Assembly (NCBI RefSeq): GCF_006345805.1
Contig: NC_042998.1
Coordinates: 173,166,001-173,230,000 of the forward strand
Direction of reading: 5' to 3'
Source: Octopus sinensis
Lineage: Eukaryota
DNA length: 64,000 nucleotides
Shown in pieces: positions 12,040 to 25,976 of this stretch. A model generated the notes under the pieces. The model was given only the letters and a program-made list of their open reading frames with translations. It was not told the origin of the DNA and did no database searches. Every line of letters starts with the position of its first letter. The stretch's first letter is position 1. Position numbers and translations under genes: made by a program.

Positions 12040-13330
12040 ATCTCAAGAATCTTGAAATTCTTGCAGAATATAGGATGGTGCTTTCCTGCAGTTCGACAAT
12101 GCGAGCTTCAATTCCAATCTCTTTCAATCTTTTAGATAGCATTTTGGGTATTGTGCCAAGTGCATCAATTACTCTTGTACTTGTTTCAGTCATTTGACTA
12201 TGGCCATGCTGGAACACTGCCTTTAGTCGAGCAAATCGACCCCAGGACTTATTCTTTGTAAGCCTAGTACTTATTCTATCAGTTTCTTTTGCCGAACCGC
12301 TAAGTTCCGGGGGCGTAAACACACCAGCATCGGTTGTCAAGCGATGTTGGGGGGACAAACACAGACACACAAACATATACACATACATACATATATACAT
12401 ATATATACACATATACGACGGGCTTCTTTCAGTTTCCGTCTACCAAATCCACTCACAAGACTTCGGTCGACCCGAGGCTATAGTAAAAGACACTTGCCCA
12501 AGGTACCACGCAGTGGAACTGAACCTGGAACCATGTGGTTGGTAAGCAAGCTACTTACCCCACAGCCACTCTTAAAGAGTAATTGTTGTTATTGTCTCTC
12601 ACTGACTCCTCAGCTCTCTGGCTGGATGCTAATATATCTCAACTTTTTAAATTTATTTGGTGTTGACTTTGCAATCATAGGGGATTGTAAAACCTAATCT
12701 TACATTATTTGTTTTGTCCTTTGTAATCATGTCTGGTTTGCTTACATCATTAGTACGGTCAGTTTTTGTGGAGGAATCCAACAAGATCCTCTAATTCTCA
12801 CTTTCCCTCACAGCATCTGATTTATGGTCATACCACTTTTCTGTTATTTTAAAGCCACGCTCTCGGCTAACATCCCAATGCACTCAGTCACGTTTACACA
12901 GTCACGTCAAGTTTTATATTTCTTTTGTGCTTTTTAGTACACTCATTCAAAATATGATTGATACACTCACCCCCTTTCCTTCAGATGCTATAACCGTTGT
13001 CTGACTGAGTTTTGTCAATCTTTACCTATATAAGATTTGTTCAACAGCCTTTTTCTTGGGCAACCATAATCAAAATTTTAATTTCTCGTTTCAATTTCTC
13101 GTCCGTCAACATTTTCGGTTTGTAGCATGGATTGGCCATGCAGTTGCATTTCTTTCAATTTGTTTATTCCACTGTTCTTCCATTTCTCTTTGAATTCTCC
13201 TAATGTTTCGGTCACTTTTTGGGTATCTCTTTGCTGCCGAAAGTATTATTTCTTTACTCTGCACAACAATTTTTCAGACCCAGTATCATAGCACCCACAG
13301 TGTCTTCCGCGGTTAATGATCCTCTGCTAC
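12040..13330 (-). mobile_element. Decayed R4/Dong-like (REL endonuclease) LINE, 3' part
   Basis: Fragments HWDVSRERGFKITEKWYDHK, KPDMITKDK and ALGTIPKMLSKRLKEIG..LQESTILYSARI parallel the C-terminus of the element at 46.8 kb. Confidence 0.7.
12172..12572 (-). mobile_element. Bipartite SINE with internal microsatellite
   Basis: Head, core and tail match the copies at 18315, 37500 and 59375. Confidence 0.92.
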
Positions 13331-16010
13331 CCTCTCTTCTTGGTACATAGAGTCGGTTGGTATTAATTTTAGAATGGAGTGCGTTGTGACTTGTTAGCAA
13401 CTTTCTACTTCTTATATTTCATGGAATGAGAGAGCAGAACATGCCATCAAAGTGACACCGGGGTACAATTATACGAGGCCCAAATTTCCCACTGTGACTA
13501 CACCTCTGATAAGGGTACACCAGCCACATGCATCAGAACTATATGTGCACCACACACCTATCTGATATCTTAGGAATTACGCTTAGCGGCATTTCGTCCG
13601 TCTTTACATTCTGAATTCAAATTCCGCTGAGGTCGACCCTGCCTTTCATCCTCTCGGGGTCGATAAATGAAGTACCAGTCATATACTGGAATCGATGTAA
13701 TCCACTTACCCCACACCACAAATTTGAGGCTTTGTGCCTATTGTAGAAGGGATAATAATAATAATTATTGTTGATGTTGTTGTTGTTTGGGCTGTAGTTA
13801 TTATTTGAAAATGTTTCCTCCAAGTTTTATGGGTAGAGTATCTCTGTAAAATATGTGTCAGGAATAGAAATATATTCCGCTCCTCTATGTGTGCCTTTTC
13901 CTATTTTATGTGCAAGGCATTAGATGTGATCTCCAGACCTCTATTCAGATTCTCGTCACTTCCTTCGGGTACCATTTTCATTTTTTATTTATGCTGGTAC
14001 TGCGTTTTTTCACATGCACTATTTTTTTTGTAATTTTTGCGCAACAAATTCAAAATGTTTCCAAACTCATAAATATGACCTCATTGAATCAGTTTATATC
14101 TGAAATATTTGTCAGTTTTAAAATAGCATGAGAACGACGAATAATTCACACATTTATAATACATTAATTAATTATATGTGACAATGACTTGTAAAGCTAA
14201 CAGAGTAAATACTTACACAGATATCTTTCAGCCAGTTTTCTCGATTTGGTGGCTAATTTTTCTATCCGCTGTTATTGGATAATTTCTGGAGCAATGAATT
14301 TCTCTTCTCCCAAGTTAAATTATTTTATTATTTGCAATAATATTCATTTCGTCTGGTTTTCTATAGCCTATATTCAAACGGCGCTGAATAAAATTTGGTC
14401 TTAGCTCTTTTCTAGGTTGATAAAATAAAGCACTGGATTCGGTCAAGTACTGGGTTCGATCGTAGCCATTAACCACCTCTCTTCTTGCCTTCTACCTATA
14501 TTAGAATGATGATGATGATGATGATGATGATGATCTTTTCTACTGTTTAATAATCTTTTCTACTATAGGCACAAATCCTGAATTTTTTGTGGAGAGAAGT
14601 GACGAGCTAGTCGATTACATCAATGCCAGTGCTCAAATAGTGTTCAGTTTATCGGTCCCGAAAGGATGAAAGGCAAAGATAACCTGGGCGGCATTTAGAC
14701 TCAGAGCACAAAGACGGAATAAATGCTACAAAACATTTGTCCAGTGCAGCAACAACCATGCCAACTCTCTGATAATGGTTATTCTTTATAATTTTGGCAC
14801 AGGGCCAACAGTTCTTAGGGCAGGGGATGCAGTAGATTATATTTTGACTCTTGTACTTAACTGGTACTTGATTTGAAAGATCACGAAGGGATGAAAGCCA
14901 AAGTCGACATCGATTGTATTTGAACTAAAACTGTAAAAAGCTGGAAAGAAAGGCTACTACATAGTTTTTCCGATGCGCTATAACCAATCTGGCGGAATTA
15001 ATGCTGTTGCACGAGAAAGAAATCCCCAATAAATTCTCCAGCGGTTTTGTCTCCTTAAAACTAAACTCATTATGAGTGGAATTATCAAATAATAAGATTA
15101 CGGATATCATAGAAACTAAAATTGAGATTATAGGGTTGAAGCTGCCAAAGGCAACAGGTGGGTGATGGAAGAATAGATCCTTGTCGTTCTTCATCCTAAT
15201 GCTATACAAGTATGAACCCTGGTTTTGCTAACGGTTAAAATTGTTCTAGCTCAGAATTTTAACTCGTAAATGTGAGAGAAACCAAGTTAAAACCACCTGT
15301 ATGACATAACCGATCAAGCTAGTAATAAAATGAGTAAACCGAAAATGAGAGATTACATGAGAAAATATTAAAATTTGGAACGAAACGGGCGTTTTTCCAG
15401 TGACAGAATAGAACCTGAGAATGCAGCTGTTATATAACGCATGATAATGTTTATTTTTCGAGCCTGGGGTTAGGAGAAACTAAACAAGATGTAGAAATAT
15501 AACGTAGCACTACGGTGAAAGCGAAGGTAATTAAATTGAAGCATGTTCTTAAGCTATTCCAGAAAGCGCTGAGTTGGAAAAAAGAAAATTAAGTTCAAAA
15601 CGTGGCAAGACATTCAAAGTGTCAAGATCGAATTAATGAACAAGATATAAGACCAATGTGAACGAAATAAAAATAATAATGACAAGTTCACTATCCTTAG
15701 GGTTATAGAAACACGATAAAAAATAGACGAAGGGAATTGGCAATATGATAGGATATGTGTCTTTCACCTCTCCATTGGCAGTAAATTATCTATGCAAGGC
15801 TCTTGCAGGTGTAGAAAAAGAAGTTGGCTACCATGCAAATAAACTGGGAACGGGCAGACAAATACCTTGGTGAAAAAAAAAAAGCGGATGGAAGGCATCA
15901 AAAATTTCAGACGTGAAATGAGTTTACTACTGATCATTGAAGAAGGGGCAATACAGAAAGTGCTGTTCAAACCCTGGAAAAAATACTGTGAAATAAGGAA
16001 ACGATGAGAA

Positions 16011-17085
16011 TAAATATTTTAATAGAAATGAAATGAAAAGTGACATAGAGTAGACCAGTTTAGGCAAATAAGGTTGGAAAATAATCTAAGAGATTTTTGA
16101 AAAATTACAGCTAGTAGAGAGACATATTGATGAAACACAAGAGGAAAAGAAAACTAGAAATTTTGGAATGATAAAAGAAGGAAAATATCCACAACGGGGA
16201 GTTGGGATGGATAAAAGGAGTAGATAACAAACTAAGAAGAGTAAGACAACGGATCAATATAGTAATCAATTCAGATCTCATTGCAAAACTACGTGCTTAA
16301 TAAGAATTCTTTCGGGCTTGTCGGACTACACGATTTCTAAATGAAAAACATTAATGGTGGAAGCACTCCGTCGGTTACGACGACGAGGGTTCCGGTTGAT
16401 CCGAATCAACGGAACAGCCTGCTCGTGAAATTAATGTGTAAGTGGCTGAGCACTCCACAGACACGTGTACCCTTAACGTAGTTCTCGGGGATATTCAGCG
16501 TGACACAGAGAGTGACAAGGCCGGCCCCTTTGAAATACAGGTACAACAGAAACAGGAAGTAAGTGTGAGAGAAAGTTGTGGTGAAAGAGTACAGCAGGGA
16601 TCACCACCATCCCCTGCCAGAGTCTCGTGGAGCTTTAGGTGTTTTCGCTCAATAAACACTCACAACGCCCGGTCTGGGAATCGAAATCGCGATCCTATGA
16701 CCGCGAGTCCGCTGCCCTAACCACTGGGCCATTGCGCCTCCACTAAATATTTTAATAGAAATGAAATGAAAAGTGACATAGAGTAGACCAGTTTAGGCAA
16801 ATAAGGTTGGAAAATAATCTAAGAGATGTTTGAAAAATTACAGCTGGTAGAGAGACATATTGATGAAACACTAGAGGAAAAGAAGACTAGAAATTTTGGA
16901 ATGATAAAAGAAGGAAAATATCCACAACGAGGAGGTGGGATGGATAAAAGGAGTAGATAACAAACTAAGAAGAGTAAGACAACGGATCGATATAGTAATC
17001 ACTTCAGATCTCATTGCAAAACTATCTGCTTAACGAGAATTCTTCCGGGCTTGTCGGACTACACGATTTCTAAATGAAAAACATT
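16011..17085 (+). repeat. 342-bp direct repeat (16011-16352 and 16744-17085) flanking a SINE
   Basis: About 13 substitutions between copies by eye, no indels seen. Confidence 0.93.
16353..16743 (-). mobile_element. Full-length tRNA-derived SINE
   Basis: Minus-strand head ggaggcgcaatggcccagtggttagggcagcgg...ggtttcgattccc (A and B boxes). Nearly identical to 27897-28284. Confidence 0.93.
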
Positions 17086-18314
17086 GATATACAGAGACTC
17101 ATTAAATTATGAAATGAAGTTTTCAGGTTGGAATTATCTGAAATTGGATGGCTGAAGCTAAAACAACCTTTATAATGAAAGACAAGTAGAGAGGTTCTGA
17201 GGTTTTAAGCCTCATATCGATAATAAATTTACTACTACCATGGAACTACTAGCGACTATTTCGCAAAGAAGATTTACTCACGTTTAGCGGAACACAGCCC
17301 TTTGATGCCCTAACGAACAGAAAAGATGCCAAATATTAATCAACAAGCTGACTATAAGAAATTGTAAGAAAAGACAGAATGGTTTAGCACTTGGGCGGAT
17401 CGACTGAAAAAACACATATGACATGGGCATACACGGATTTACATGTTTAAAGATACTCAAAGTGCTCAAAATTGTAAATAATATCACTTAACTTATACGA
17501 GCAAACAAGGAAAACTAGAAAAGGGAACTAACAGCTGGTTGACACCCACTAGGAAGTCAAATAGATCACTGTGTCTTCGAAGGTGCTGCGTATCACCTCT
17601 GCTCTTTGCTGTGACTTAAAACTTAAAGCTAGATATAGCACTGGAAGAGTCTAGGGATAGTTAACCATTTGCTCTCCATAGACCACCTAAAGCTATACAG
17701 AAAGACTGAGAGAGAAATGATGATCTATATACATACTGTGATAGTGTTTAGCAATGATATCAAAATGGAATTTATTGAACTTTGTGATGAAGGAATGAAA
17801 ATACCATAAAAGCGATGGCTTAAATTCGCTGAATGAGAAAATACAAGATATTAACATAGATGATACATATAGATATCTGGAAGTCTTGCAAGCGGATGGT
17901 ATAAAGGTTAGGAGAATGAATGATAACGCTAGGAAGGAATATTCCAAAAGGATACGTAGGATGCTAAAATCTAGATTAAAAACATCATCTCTGCCAAAAA
18001 CACTAGGACTGTAACCATTACCAGGTACAGCGTCAGAATACGCAAATGAACAATAGTAGACTTGGAGTAATTAGATAGAAAACAGTTATTACTGGTAAAA
18101 TTCAAAGCATTACAGCCACAGGCAGATGTCGAAAATTTGTATTTCAATAGAGAGGGTGAAAGAAAACTATTGATAAGATGAGAAGAATGTGTGGTAGTAG
18201 AAGTAGAAAAATTAAGGAAGTATGTGCTGAGAACGAAAATGCACATTTGAATGCTCTAAGTGAGGATCAGTTAACTGAAGAAGTAGTAAAGGAGCCAACC
18301 ATACGAAGAGAAAG

Positions 18315-18705
18315 GCTTATACTCTTTTACTCTTTTACTTGTTTCAGTCATTTGACTGCGGCCATGCTGGAGCACCACCTTTAATCGAGCAACTCGACCC
18401 CAGGAAGTCTATCAGTCTCTTTTGCCGAACCGCTAAGTAACGGGGATATAAACACACTAGCATCGGTTGTCAAGCGATGCTAGGGGGACAAACACAGACA
18501 CACAAACACACACACATTCACATATATATATATACATATATACGACGGGCTTCTTTCAGTTTCCGTCTACCAAATCCACTCACAAGGCTTTGGTTGGCCC
18601 GAGGCTATAGTAGAAGACACTTGCCCAAGGTGCCACGCAGTGGGACTGAACCCGGAACCATGTGGCTGGTAATCAAGCTACTTACCACACAGCCACTCCT
18701 GCGCC
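18315..18705 (-). mobile_element. Bipartite SINE
   Basis: Same family as the copy at 12172. Confidence 0.92.
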
Positions 18706-19468
18706 TATGTGGAAAATTTTTCAAAATACTGACGGATATCGTGATCAGAAGTCATTTCAATGGTTAAAGAAGGGAATGTTAAAGAAAGAGATAGAAAGCA
18801 CGGTTCTAGTTGCGCAGAAAGAAACAATCAGAACAAGATTCACCAGGAATAACATAGATAACGCAAGCGTCTTGGCTGAAGGTAGTATGAGTGAGGAAAA
18901 AGAAGACACTATTATGTATGGTCTCTGAATGCAAAATAGATGCTCAGTAGAGTTATAAGAACTTGAATATGACATGGTAACAACAATCTTAAATTGGAAA
19001 ATTTGCAAAGAAGATGGCTTTCAACATATGGTGTGATCATTACACAGAACAAATTCTTCAAAAGAACGGTTGACTGAGTGTGTGGGATTTTGAGATAAAT
19101 TTCCTACCTCAGCAGAAATGCCGTTTGCTTGGACTGCAAGCAGTACAAGATAGGTGCTATACAATTAAGGTTGTGGTATACAGCATGATATCTTGGACCG
19201 TGTTTTTACCACCATGCACGAGATAAACTCGATATCATAAATACACCTTATTAAACGGTGCTAAGGCAAGTAACTGAATCAGTTTGCATATGAGAGTGAG
19301 AATGAACCAAGAAAAGTCTGAATCGGTTACACAAATGTAATAAACTTAGTGTCTTATCCATATCTGTGTAAATTCGTACGCGTACACAAGCATGCACCCA
19401 CATATACATACATATATACACACAAACACACAAGCATACCAACATACATATAGACTTATAAAAGGACA

Positions 19469-19597
<129 letters not shown>

Positions 19598-20514
19598 GTT
19601 TTTTTGGTCAAAAGATGGAGATAATGACAAACGGGAGGTTCATCTTATACAAAAGTAATTATGATGAACAATTTCTATATGCATAATCGGAGCTTTATTG
19701 AAATTTTGTAAAGAAATATGTGGTATAGTATACTCCAGTCATATAGTTTCAAGGGTACCATTATTAAGTACTTTTCATGAGAAGTTTGCAAATACAATGC
19801 AAGTAGTAGCAACATGTTTGAAAAATTGCTAATATGTTATAATAGACGAATTTTTCTTTGGCAATTTGAAAAAAAAAAAGCATTGAGTATATTTACAATT
19901 TTGTTTTGTAATTTATATTACTCTAATTTTAATAAACAATAACTGATTAGGCATTACCATTTTATGGTACATTTTGAATGATATTTAATGGATTTTTGAA
20001 GTAATAAAACATAAAATCTGGCTAAGTAGATCGCCGTTGCAGGAATGCATGTAAATATTGTTTTCTATATCGCTTCAGCAAATTAGATTTGATATAGTTT
20101 CGGCTATGCCTAAAGAAAATAGGTTTGTCATAAACAGTTACAAATAGGAAGGAATTTTGCCAAAATATAAAATGAATACATACAACGAAAATAGAAATGA
20201 AAAATGTAAATAAAATCTGTGAGTATAATATTCCATGAAATAATTTGAGGAATATAATGTGACATAAGTATGTAGTATTTCTACTAGAGATGAACAAAAG
20301 GCATATATAACAATTATGGTGCAGCGAAAGACATCGGAAATGCAAATTATATTAGAAGGTAGTCTAATGTGAAAGATAAGGACAAAACCAATGGGTAAGC
20401 AAAATTTTCTTCAAGTAAGCAAACTTACATGCAGACATACACCCACACGCATATATATTTATTTATGCATATGCATGCATATATATCTATATACACATAT
20501 ATACATATAAACGC

Positions 20515-20600
<86 letters not shown>

Positions 20601-21132
20601 ATATATAATATATATATATATAATATATATATATATTTATATATTTATATTTATATATTTATATATTTATATATATATCTATATACATATCTATCTATAT
20701 ATCTATAAATCTATCTCTCTATATATATATATTTATATATATATATATTCATGCACACACACATAGACACACGCGCGCAGACACACATATATGCATACTT
20801 ATGTACAGGCATTTAAATATACACACGATACACACAATATGCTAATATAATTATATATAAATTTCACAAAATATATGTTCCGTGTAAGCCAGTTTCCATT
20901 CACTTATATATGATATAATTAACTCCCTCTCAGGGCACGTGTATAAACAAATAACTATATAAATTAATACAAATAAATTGATAAAAACAGCGAGTAAATT
21001 GTATACATGTCAATATTTAAATAGCTGTAAATATTCTACACTCGTACGTGGATAAGTGTTTTCATAATTATACTGAAGATAACGTTTTCTTGGAAACTCT
21101 AATAATATAATAACGACAGTAAAGTAAATGTT

Positions 21133-21174
<42 letters not shown>

Positions 21175-21452
21175 CGTGTGTGCATGTATTTATGTATATA
21201 TAACATACGTGTGTGTGTGTTTGTGAGTGTGTGCCTATGTGTGTGCTTGTGTGTATAATATATACATTAGCCCAGGCGTGACCTGTGGTAAGAAACTTGC
21301 TTTCCAACCATATAGTTCCAGGTTCAGTCCTACTGCGTAGGACTGTGGGCAGGCGTCTTCTACTACAGCCTCAGGCCAACCAAATACTTGCACTTGGAAT
21401 TGGTAGACAGAAACTGAAAGAAATACACGTCGTATGTATATATATATATATG

Positions 21453-21512
<60 letters not shown>

Positions 21513-21560
21513 GAAAAAACAAGTAAAAAATAGAAAATGCTAAAATAATTTTATAGTGAA

Positions 21561-21608
21561 CATTTCAGTACCGGTTTCGGTCATTTTGAGACCTTTTCAA
21601 CTGTAACG
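21561..21608 (-). ncRNA. Type I minimal hammerhead ribozyme, U3-A8 core variant (copy 1)
   Basis: cgttaCAG-TTGAAAA-GGTC-tcaaaat-GACC-GAA-ACCGGT-A-CTGaaatg. Confidence 0.8.
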
Positions 21609-22306
21609 ATTAAATAATTAAATTTAGAAAAATTAGAAGAAAAGTTTTTTTAAAAGAATATTTCTATAGTAGTGTTCAGATTTAAGTGGCATTCTGCCTT
21701 TCTCTGACTCCCTTGTTTGCACTTGTGTGTTCGAGGTAGTTGTGAGTTCTTGGTAAGGTAGTAGAGGGAAGGCTGGTGAGGAAAGGGGGGTGGGAGAATC
21801 TGGGAGTGCCCTGATGGTCGTATTTGAATGGTCAGTGGCGGCTGGCAGTCTCAGTTCAATTCAGGAGAATATTTATATTGACAGGCTTGTTTATAGAATT
21901 AGCGTAGGTGTTATACTAAAAAACATTAGTGACAAACTTAAGGGGTAGGGGGGGGGAGAGAGAAGAAGAAGAAGAGAAGAAGAAGAAGAGAAGGAGGAAG
22001 GAGAGTGATGGTGACGATGATTATGACGACGATGATGATGATAACGATGATGATGAAGAAGAAGAGGAAGAGGAGAAGGAGAAGATGTGGTGATGATGGT
22101 GGCGATGATGATGACGCCGATGATGATGATAACGATGATGATGAAGAAGAAGAGAAGAAGAAGAAGAAGAGAAGAAGAAACAGAGAAGGAGAATATGAAT
22201 GGGTGTAAATATAGCTATGAAGGGGCTGATTAGTAATGGATTCTATGGAGTGTAGTATTTGTGTGTGTATATATATTTTTTTCTTTTATTCTAAAGTTGA
22301 GGTACA

Positions 22307-25300
22307 TTAATTGTTTGTCGTAGACCCGTTAAGAAGTGGCTTGTATTTGTAATAAAGAGATTTTCTTTACTTATTCTTTGTCTCGAGGTTGTATCGTCCC
22401 TAAATGGTAGAGGGGGAAAATTCTGAAGTTTGGTGTTTTTGTTGGCGCAAGTATCTATGTGTGGCTAAAAGCTATTTTTCTGTTTTGGGGAATTTTTATC
22501 TGGGATCTGTGCAGGGCCATTCGTTTACGCAAACCATTTTTTGTTTGGCCTATGTACTGCTCTTGACACCGGAGCAGGTTAGTGAGTATATTAGGTTCTC
22601 CGAAGCACATGTGAAGTTGCTTTTCACTGAAAACCGTTGTCCCTGTTTGAAGGAGAACTCAGAACCTCGATTAGATAGTCGCATATCCCGCAATTGGGTC
22701 TTCCACATTTTTTTACTGTCGGCTTCTGTGTTGAAGAGTGAATTCGGGCTTGTGTAAGGAGACTTTTCATGGATCTAGGCTGTCTTTTGTTTTAGATCGT
22801 GTGTGTGTTTGGAGGATGTGTTCATTCTGTGGTCTTTTTTTAGGAGGGGTATGTTGTGGAGGATGGTGTCGAAGGCTTCGTTATTGAGAGGGTTGTGTGT
22901 GGAGATGTATAGTAAGGCTTTTGGTGTAAGTTTTTCTTTGATTTGGGATGTCTCAGTTCTTTGATGTTAAGTTGAAGGGCACGTTGAATGCACTTGTCAA
23001 TAAGTGAAGGTGGATAGTTCCTGGTGATTAGGGTATCTTTTAGTTCTTGTAGTCGTGTGTCTCTGGTGTTTGCGTTAGAGACTATAGTGCATATCCTTTT
23101 TGCTAGATTGAAGGGGATATTCATCCTGGTGTGTCTGGGGTGGCATGAATTGAATGGAAAATATTGCTTAGAGTCTGTAGGCTTATAGTATATGTCTGTT
23201 TCTATTATATTATTAGCTTTCTTAATGAGAATATCGAGGAAGGGGAGTTGTTGTTGGCTATATTCCATCGTGAATTGGATGTTTACGTCCAGTCCGTTTA
23301 AAATTTTCTGGAATTCTATGAGTTTTTCTATATTTTTATGCCAAAGGATGAAACAGTCATCTAGATATCTCTTCCAGTTGTTTTCTATGTAGATGGAGAA
23401 AGGGCTGCCATATCTTTCTAGAACCTTACGATACAGACTGATCTCTAGGTATCCTATGACTAGGTTGGCAAAGGAGGGGGCCATTCGTGTACCCATCGCA
23501 GTCCCCGATTTTTGTCGGTAGAAGTTGTCATTGAAGGCGAAGAAGTTATTTTCCAGGATGAATTTAACCCCTTCTATCACAAATTTTTTTGATGCGGTGT
23601 GGTAGTTCGTTGGCGTGATTCTCTAGCCAGAATTGGATTGCCTCTAGTCCTAGGTTGTGGGGGATATGGAGTAGAGGTTGACTACATCGAAGGATACCAG
23701 TATGGTGTTTTTGTTTATAGTATTCGGTAGGTGATTGAGCATATCTAAGTCGTCCCTTATATAGCTTTTGACATGTTTGAGGAGTGGTTTTAACAGGGTG
23801 TCTAAAAAGTTACTGAGGCGGTGGGTTTCGCATGCGGGACCTGCTATTATGGGTCTCAATTTGAGGTCATTAGGATTAGGGACTTTAATTATTTTGTCTG
23901 TAGCTATCTTGCATGCGTTGCTTATTTTTTCACTTTTGTGGATCTTAGGTATACCGTAGAATTGGCTAGTTTTACTTGTGAAATTGGTCATATAATCATA
24001 TTCTTTGTCGGTGAGCCCTGCTTTGTATGGGTTTAATATGGATTTTAGTTCCCTCATTATTTTTTGTTGACTGTAGGTTTGTGCCTTTTCATAGTATGTT
24101 GTGTCTTCCAGCATAGAAAGTACCAAAGTTATGTAAAATGTCGTATCCATTAAGACAACAGCACTCCCTTTATCGGCCTCTTTTTGTTATTGTTTTATCT
24201 AGTTTTAATTTGTTCAACTCAGCCCATTCTTTTTTGCTGAAGTTTGGTTTGTGTTTTTGTTTGTGCATATGTTGATATGGGTAATTTGATATGTGGTCAC
24301 AGAAATCATCAAGTGTTTTATTCTTACCTTTCGAGGGGGTGTAGTTACTCCTATTTCTGGCTAACGATTCGTCCTCGTTGTATTTATCGTATAGCTCCTC
24401 AGTAAGTCTTAATTTTCTGCAGAATTCTGCGATGTCTTCTTTCATTTCATTGTAGTTGGGGTGTTGTGGGGTGGGTGTAAACTTGAGTCCTTTGGAAAGT
24501 ATGTTTATTTGGTTTGCTGTTAGTTCCTTGTGAGTTAGATTAATAATTTTTATTACTTTTGGTTCCTCCTGCTTGTTTGGTGCTATCTTGTGTCTCTGTG
24601 TTTGCGTATTGGGTCTAAAAAATGAATGCGGTGGTTGGGACGGTAGCTAGTATATAGTTGTTCTTTGTTGATTAGGGGTCTCCTGTTGTGATTTATGGTG
24701 TGTGTTCTTGGAGCAGTATTGAGGAGAGCATCCCGATATCCCATATTCGGGTGTGGTGTTCTAGGAGGCCTTCGTTGGTAATCATTGCAAGTGGTGTGGT
24801 TTGTTGTTGCATGGTTGTTTAACCGGTAATGGGACGAAGATTTCGTTGGTAACTCCTTGGGTGGGGATGAGGTTGCAGTGTCTATGCTGTGGGTGTTGAT
24901 TTATCCTTTCTCTGCTTGAAGGGGGTATTCCTGATATTGTATCGCTGGCTGCTTACAGAGTTAGGTTAGGTCCTGTATTCTTTTTTTGATAGTAGTGAAG
25001 GTTCCGATTTTTAGACAGGTGTGTATCGGTGTTTGGGTGTTGTTTTGGTTTTCTTATTTTCTGGAAAGGGTTGTTGGAGGCGTGCTCTGTTTGAAAGACG
25101 GCTTCATAGTCTGAGAACCAAGTGGCGCTTTTCTCCCAGCGTGGGAGAGATTTTAGTTCTTCTTTTTCACAGTCCTCTTTCCATAGTTTGGAGAACTTCT
25201 CTTGATCTGGGCCTTGGGTCATTTTGCGAATTTCTTCGTTGATATCTTCATCGGTGGATTTTATTTTATCCTCATTCGTTTGGGCCCTCAATTTCAGAAG

Positions 25301-25813
25301 TTCTATTTCCATTTTCATTTTTTCCAGTGCCATTCTCTCCCTGAGGTGTCTTTGTGTTTCAGGTTCTTCTGTAATAGCTTTGAACTGGAATTTACGTGGG
25401 AGGATTAACGGGGTCCGGTTGAGCCATTTTTCGTATATATCCGCTTTGTTGTTGTTTTGGATCATCTTCCAAAAGGCGAACTTTCTATCTCTGAGTAATT
25501 TGTTCCATTGTGGTATTATGTGGTGTTTCATTTGGTATGTTGTTAGAGTATTGATCCCATATATTGACGCGTTTGGAGGTCCTTGGTTAGCGTTGTTAGA
25601 GAAAAATGTTCTAATTGTTTCGCATAAGTTTCCAAGGTTTTCGACAATTTCGGAGGTTGTATTTTTCGTATCTGTTTCTTCATTGTTCTCTCGATTGGGT
25701 TGAAGTGTCGAGTCGAATTTGTTCAAAAAAGTTGACAAATTTGTGTTGATTTTCTTGAGTTCTTTCAGTATTTCTTCGTTTATGGAGGTGATTGTGTCTG
25801 TTTTTGTCGGCAT
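22307..25813 (-). pseudogene. PLE polyprotein (N-terminal region, reverse transcriptase, GIY-YIG endonuclease), frameshifted as assembled
   Basis: ADKGSAVVLMD, LRPIIAGP, LVSFDVVNLY, GTAMGTRMAPSFANL, KRYLDDCF, YYKPTDS..Y..FNSCHP and LIYSLTCSGCQEQYIGQT. No long deletions seen. Confidence 0.9.
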
Positions 25814-25928
25814 TTTCTGTATCTCGTGTGGGTTAATGATATGTATAAGGGTGAAAAGGAACACACGAGTTGATATATATGAAAAAACAAGTAAAAAATA
25901 GAAAATGCTAAAATAATTTTATAGTGAA

Positions 25929-25976
25929 CATTTCAGTACCGGTTTCGGTCATTTTGAGACCTTTTCAACTGTAACG
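25929..25976 (-). ncRNA. Type I minimal hammerhead ribozyme, U3-A8 core variant (copy 2)
   Basis: Identical to 21561-21608. Confidence 0.8.

Larger units (their letters stand above)
14990..19260 (+). mobile_element. Highly decayed R4/Dong-like LINE
   Basis: Remnant RT motifs in order: EQK.C..QL.INK, RID*KNTYD, VSPLLFAV, NHLLSIDHLKLY, YRYLEVLQ, VLVAQKETIRTR. Confidence 0.7.

Noticed and set aside
16442-16720. Repeated 92-aa ORF MAEHSTDTC..., also at 27983-28261
   Set aside because: It is the antisense frame of a SINE. The conservation only reflects SINE copy identity.
16660-16743. tRNA-like sequences with A and B boxes here and in other SINE heads
   Set aside because: They continue into SINE bodies and I could not fold a complete cloverleaf, so they are not called tRNA genes.
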